Positions 59,675 through 64,000 of a stretch of DNA of 64,000 bases are shown here, piece after piece. Both the position numbers and the translations under genes were made by a program. Numbering within the stretch: position 1 is the stretch's first letter; the number at the start of each line of letters is the position of its first letter. The notes beneath the pieces were generated by a model, which did no database searches, was not told where the DNA came from, and worked only from the letters and a program-made list of their open reading frames with translations. Source of the stretch: Escherichia phage vB_EcoM-Sa45lw; sequence record MK977694.1; one strand, 5' to 3'.

Positions 59675-59692
59675 AAAGGCCCGAAGGCCTTT
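59675..59692 (-). terminator. hairpin AAAGGCC-CGAA-GGCCTTT between the 61 aa ORF and alt
   Basis: Perfect stem flanked by A/T-rich sequence; candidate terminator or processing hairpin. Confidence 0.45.
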
Positions 59693-59694
59693 AA

Positions 59695-59880
59695 TTAATA
59701 GAGAGCTAAAAGAGTACGATATACTTCAAACTTTGGACCTTTTTCATATGGATCAAATCTTTCCGTGAATTCATCATATGCTAGTTTATCTGGGAATTCA
59801 AGAATAACCTGCGATACCGCAGTGGAAACATCTCCACCTTCTTTTTGAGCCACGACAATTGTTTCTAAGTAAGCTTTCAT
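59695..59880 (-). CDS. hypothetical small protein (61 aa)
   Basis: Small ORF between DNA ligase and alt, overlapping the ligase stop. Confidence 0.5.
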   Translation of the reverse strand: MKAYLETIVVAQKEGGDVSTAVSQVILEFPDKLAYDEFTERFDPYEKGPKFEVYRTLLALY

Positions 59881-61340
59881 AAACCAGTTACCTCATGAAA
59901 ATCGCCAAATACATCTTCGAACGTATTAGCTTTAGTTTTATCTTCACGTAAACGAATTGCAATTGGAAGAAATAGCTTAACGTAATCAGTACGTCCATCT
60001 AATTTTACCCAGCCGTTGCATTCGCACTCTAGAATTTTTCCAATATAATAATTTTGGTTTTCCATAATGCGAGTACGATCAAGTTCATGCGATTTTATAC
60101 CGGCTTTATCTTTTAAGCCTGAACCAGCATTTACTTTAATTTTTCCACACTCTGATTCAAGAATGAAACCACCTGCTTTAGTAGGGTCTTTACGGTGAGG
60201 ATAAATTCCTACAATTTTTAAATCAACATCAATTACTTCTTTAAATTTATAAAGATTTTTTGAACGAGCATTTTCCCATAATCCATCGATATTTTTGAGA
60301 ATAATACCTTCAAGACCTTGGTCAATATACTTTTTATAAATTACCTTAGCTTCATCTAGGTTATTTACTATCTGGTTTTCAATTAAAATTACTTTATCAT
60401 AGCCTGATGTCATTTGTTCTAGTTTAGAAAAACGTACATCATATTTTAAACGAAATGCTGGAAGACCATATATTTCTACTAATGGAACATAGTCCCAGAC
60501 CTGAAACTTCATGCATTGTGCTTCTTTTTCAGAAATGGTTCCCTTTAAAGATTTATTAGCGATTCCATTAGAAGTAGTACGTGATTCAGCTACTTCGGCG
60601 AATTCTTTAGCTTTACTAATTTCAGGATAAGCATCAAAAAGAAAATCTAGGCCTTCTGGTTCCTTTTCAACTTGCTCATGGTATACCAATTCGCCATCAA
60701 TTAACACACCTTCTGGATGAATCTGGCGAGCTTCTGCAGTCATTTTGATTAACTCTTCCTTGAGAAGATCTAATCCTAGATATTCATTACCAGCTCGTGA
60801 TAAAAGACGAACATCATCTAATTCATCACCTCTGACTTCAGCAAAGCACCGAGCTCCATCAGCTTTTAACTGGGCAAAAGCTGGAAATTTGATATTCTTA
60901 TTAATGCCTTTTTCATCATAAGAACTTGCCAGCATTTGAGGTTGTTCAGGAATTAAACCTGGCCAAACTTTGTTTGCAATAGATACTGATGCACCACATT
61001 CAAGGTCTCGCATCATCACCCGACGCAAAACTTCAACATCATCTTTTTTACCGTCAGCAATATATCCAGTTAATTCCTCAATTGCCGCATTTCCGGTCAA
61101 TTTCCGAGTAGCTAACGTGAATTCAATGAAGTCAAGCATATCGGTAAGAGTCAACATTCCAAAACTCTGGGTAGTAATACCCGGTTTAGGCCATTTCTTG
61201 ATATAATACTGTAACCCACGAGAATAAGTCAGACGATATACTCGTTTAAGCAATTCATTATCTTTATTCTTTTCAAGAATTGCTTGCTTCTGCTTAGTTG
61301 AACCAATAGATGCTATTTCGTTCAGAATTTTAAGAATCAT
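59877..61340 (-). CDS. 30: ATP-dependent DNA ligase gp30 (487 aa)
   Basis: MILKILNEIASIGSTKQKQAILEKNKDNELLKRVYRL...; adenylation motif KADGAR; 487 aa as in T4 DNA ligase. Confidence 0.97.
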   Translation of the reverse strand: MILKILNEIASIGSTKQKQAILEKNKDNELLKRVYRLTYSRGLQYYIKKWPKPGITTQSFGMLTLTDMLDFIEFTLATRKLTGNAAIEELTGYIADGKKDDVEVLRRVMMRDLECGASVSIANKVWPGLIPEQPQMLASSYDEKGINKNIKFPAFAQLKADGARCFAEVRGDELDDVRLLSRAGNEYLGLDLLKEELIKMTAEARQIHPEGVLIDGELVYHEQVEKEPEGLDFLFDAYPEISKAKEFAEVAESRTTSNGIANKSLKGTISEKEAQCMKFQVWDYVPLVEIYGLPAFRLKYDVRFSKLEQMTSGYDKVILIENQIVNNLDEAKVIYKKYIDQGLEGIILKNIDGLWENARSKNLYKFKEVIDVDLKIVGIYPHRKDPTKAGGFILESECGKIKVNAGSGLKDKAGIKSHELDRTRIMENQNYYIGKILECECNGWVKLDGRTDYVKLFLPIAIRLREDKTKANTFEDVFGDFHEVTGL

Positions 61341-61606
61341 TGTTCATCCTTTAGAGTTTGGTTTACAGCTCTATTATAAATCAATTCATCATTAAGCTCA
61401 GTCAAAGACCTGTGATACGTGGTTCTAACTTTATTTCCTTGCATCCAGTGCTTGACGTAAATGAAACCTTGCTCTACACATTTTTTAAAAATTCGTTCGT
61501 CTTTTTGAGCTCGGAATTCTGGATTGCATCTAAAAAATTGATTTACGTGACCGTAATCACGTGTAGTATTACCTTCATTTTCATAAATAGTGTGAACAAC
61601 AAACAT
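61337..61606 (-). CDS. hypothetical protein (89 aa; gene 30.1 position)
   Basis: Small ORF immediately upstream of the ligase with overlapping stop/start. Confidence 0.55.
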   Translation of the reverse strand: MFVVHTIYENEGNTTRDYGHVNQFFRCNPEFRAQKDERIFKKCVEQGFIYVKHWMQGNKVRTTYHRSLTELNDELIYNRAVNQTLKDEQ

Positions 61607-62442
61607 TAGAATGCTCCTTGGAAAATATTATCACCGCTAGTAGGTCTATTATACAAATACTCTATGCCACCAGGTTTAATATAGTTCCATGTCTGAAACG
61701 GATGCGTCTGATATGGATGATATAGATTATAAGGATTAAATCCAGGAGTTCTCCAGGTAGTGTTCCAAGGAAAAGAATCGTTTTTAATCATCTTTTCAAT
61801 TACATCTTTTATAGCTTTTTCACTATCAAAACTTTCTTTATTTTCCTTCGATGGAAAAAGCTTATTCTCTACATCATTCCATGTATAAACTCGCTGTGCA
61901 GTTTTTGGAATACTGTCACGCTCCCCTCGAGCCATCCAATAAACAGGAACATTTAATATTTCACTCGCGTGATCGCAGTGGTGAGCGAGATCGTCAATAT
62001 AACAAATTACGTTATATTTCTCTTTTGCCTTTTTGAACAACTCTTCTTTTGAAGAATCATGACCACACATCAATACTTCTGAGAAGGCACCAGGAAAAAG
62101 AGCATTCAAATTAAATTGACGATTCAGCAGAGCGTCAATAGAATCACCCAATGCTGTAACAGCTACAAAATTATAATCTTCTTTTAATTTGTTAATTACA
62201 CATAGAGCATCTTTATATGGAGACAAATAACGAATAAAATCTGAACGATTATACTTTTCGATTAATTTAACACCAAGTTCTTCATCGCAATTAAAGAGCT
62301 TACCAGGAGAAATAAATTTTTCGTCCTGAATCATTTTTAAAATATGTTCTAATGGAAGATTATATTTTTGGGCAAAATAAGGAAGACCTGATTGCCAGCT
62401 TAAACATACACCATCAATATCAGTCAAAATAGTAGGCTTCAT
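61606..62442 (-). CDS. HAD-superfamily-like hydrolase (278 aa; gene 30.2 position)
   Basis: N-terminal HAD motif I LTDIDGV and later YIDD acidic motif. Confidence 0.55.
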   Translation of the reverse strand: MKPTILTDIDGVCLSWQSGLPYFAQKYNLPLEHILKMIQDEKFISPGKLFNCDEELGVKLIEKYNRSDFIRYLSPYKDALCVINKLKEDYNFVAVTALGDSIDALLNRQFNLNALFPGAFSEVLMCGHDSSKEELFKKAKEKYNVICYIDDLAHHCDHASEILNVPVYWMARGERDSIPKTAQRVYTWNDVENKLFPSKENKESFDSEKAIKDVIEKMIKNDSFPWNTTWRTPGFNPYNLYHPYQTHPFQTWNYIKPGGIEYLYNRPTSGDNIFQGAF

Positions 62443-62903
62443 AGAGAGTCTCTTAATAGGTTTAACACATCAATAAATTCAGCTTCGGTTAGTATTGTAT
62501 CATCTTTTGTTAGACCACTAGCCATGCTGTGCTTCAAAACTTTTCCTTTCGAGGCTTGTAATGCATCACGAAAGCCCTTGTTTTGGATCGCTGCTTCAAA
62601 ATATGCATTTGTGTATAATTCTTTCCACGCCGGGGAGTATCTTGAAAACGGAACTCCAAGCCAGAAGAGGGTCCCACGGTCCTGAGCTCTAGCATAAGAC
62701 CTTCCAGCTTGTTGGGCGGCAAGCCCGGATAACCCAAATATACGACGTTGTTGTTCAACATTTTTCACCTTGCATCCTTGGAGGAATCCTTCAAGACCTC
62801 CAAATTGAATACCATCCATAACGAAAGGCCATTGGGCGAAATTACTTAATGCACATGATGGCCACCTAAAATTGCTTCTAATCTCTAACTCAGACATTTT
62901 CAA
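62439..62903 (-). CDS. NADAR / YbiA-like (DUF1768) domain protein (154 aa)
   Basis: Motif CALSNFAQWPF closely resembles the YbiA/NADAR signature (FSNFAAWPI in E. coli YbiA). Confidence 0.6.
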   Translation of the reverse strand: MKMSELEIRSNFRWPSCALSNFAQWPFVMDGIQFGGLEGFLQGCKVKNVEQQRRIFGLSGLAAQQAGRSYARAQDRGTLFWLGVPFSRYSPAWKELYTNAYFEAAIQNKGFRDALQASKGKVLKHSMASGLTKDDTILTEAEFIDVLNLLRDSL

Positions 62904-63096
62904 TGCTTATAATTTCAACATCAGCCCAATGACCATAGCAAGGAAGACGAAATTCAACTGGCCAGTTAGGGTCCTTTTCTAATATAATAGACTCAACTCG
63001 TGGTTCTTCATGTTCATCAGTATATGGATTTTTATCTGTTACTTTATATGTGACCTTAATGTACTGAATTCCAAAAATCTTATTAATTATATTCAT
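62890..63096 (-). CDS. hypothetical protein (68 aa)
   Basis: Small overlapping ORF in the operon upstream of the ligase. Confidence 0.45.
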   Translation of the reverse strand: MNIINKIFGIQYIKVTYKVTDKNPYTDEHEEPRVESIILEKDPNWPVEFRLPCYGHWADVEIISIENV

Positions 63097-63290
63097 ACTA
63101 ATTCCTTTAATCCGTAAATAGGAGATAATTCATCACCCATGCGAAGGTCTTCATTTCCATCTACCCAAGAAACAATATAAGCCTCTTTTATTTGAATACC
63201 ACTCCATTTAAATGGAGGTAGAACCTTAGAAATTAATCCAGGTATACCAACTCCCTTTAATTCAACAGTTTGACCTAAAAAGAATTTCAT
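63093..63290 (-). CDS. hypothetical protein (65 aa)
   Basis: Small ORF with ATGA-type overlaps to neighbours. Confidence 0.45.
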   Translation of the reverse strand: MKFFLGQTVELKGVGIPGLISKVLPPFKWSGIQIKEAYIVSWVDGNEDLRMGDELSPIYGLKELV

Positions 63291-63577
63291 TAGAACCTCA
63301 TCTGAAAGCCGTGTGATTTAACATTACCGCCGCCAATATCAGAAATATTAATTTCACGCGCAATTGAAGGGTCAATGTCAATTTCACGATTAAGTTTAGC
63401 TATAGCTAAAGTATCACGCCCATTTACTGTACGGAATTCTAAAGGACAAACCACATCAACATAATTTTTAATCGATTCACTGGTAGGTTGCAAATGAGCA
63501 GGAAGGTCTTTAGGCGCCTTAGAGAAAACAACTTCACAGAAATTTTTGCGGGTATCAAAATAAGTAGTCATAAACAT
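63290..63577 (-). CDS. hypothetical protein (95 aa)
   Basis: ATG at 63577-63575 (MFMTTYFD) with GAGGAAAAT RBS; the track ORF extends upstream across the hairpin at 63594-63609. Confidence 0.5.
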   Translation of the reverse strand: MFMTTYFDTRKNFCEVVFSKAPKDLPAHLQPTSESIKNYVDVVCPLEFRTVNGRDTLAIAKLNREIDIDPSIAREINISDIGGGNVKSHGFQMRF

Positions 63578-63593
63578 AGTATTTTCCTCAGTA

Positions 63594-63609
63594 AGGGGCC
63601 GAAGCCCCT
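63594..63609. other. GGGGCCGAAGCCCC hairpin (third copy of this motif)
   Basis: Identical core to hairpins at 1744-1757 and 43074-43091; T-run on the plus side. Confidence 0.4.
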
Positions 63610-63617
63610 GTTTTATT

Positions 63618-63983
63618 TTAAATATCAAATTCGTTAAGAACTACATCAAAGATTGCTTCAAGATGCTCAGGTTTAGCTCTGTTACTCAAAATATGACGAA
63701 TCCAAGTTTTAACCAGAAGCTTACGATTAGCGCCATTCCAGCAAGGATGGGTCCCTAAATCGCGTTGACGAAAATCATCATCCAGAGCGATTTTGAAGTT
63801 TGAACCTTCCATTGTGATTGAAACCGTGATGCCATTTTCAAATCGCATATAAACGTAGTTAGGAGTCATATACTGTTCAATTTCGCATACTGATCCATTT
63901 TGATGTTTCCAAAGGCAAATAGTATCAATAGAACCTGCAATACCATTAGAAACATATTTACGTTCAAAGTTGATGTAGTTCAT
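63618..63983 (-). CDS. hypothetical protein (121 aa)
   Basis: ATG at 63983-63981 with GGAGAATAAAA RBS at the window edge. Confidence 0.5.
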   Translation of the reverse strand: MNYINFERKYVSNGIAGSIDTICLWKHQNGSVCEIEQYMTPNYVYMRFENGITVSITMEGSNFKIALDDDFRQRDLGTHPCWNGANRKLLVKTWIRHILSNRAKPEHLEAIFDVVLNEFDI

Positions 63984-64000
63984 TTTTATTCTCCGAGATG

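Overview
This window is a T4-like (T-even, Tequatrovirus-type) myovirus segment: AT-rich, tightly packed, with ATGA/TAATG start-stop overlaps and TATAAATA late promoters. Gene assignments rest on recalled T4 protein lengths, N-terminal sequences and gene order, not on a database search. Layout: (i) 1-7600, a minus-strand accessory region with small ORFs, two internal-head-protein-like genes carrying capsid-targeting N-termini, and an 11-tRNA cluster (T4 has 8); (ii) 7596-10981, minus-strand 57B-57A-1-3-2-4; (iii) 11029-41481, plus-strand morphogenesis operons 53, 5, 5.1, a GIY-YIG homing endonuclease, 5.4, 6-12, wac, 13-20, 67, 68, 21-24; (iv) rnlB, hoc, inh (minus), uvsW/uvsW.1 (plus), uvsY cluster, baseplate hub 25-26 (minus) and 51-27-28-29-48-54 (plus); (v) two tandem Alt-family ADP-ribosyltransferase paralogs, DNA ligase (30) and downstream small ORFs including a HAD-like and a NADAR/YbiA-like protein. 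The most interesting parts are the hypervariable tRNA/internal-protein region with its repeated promoter cassettes, and the ADP-ribosylation-related cluster around gene 30.
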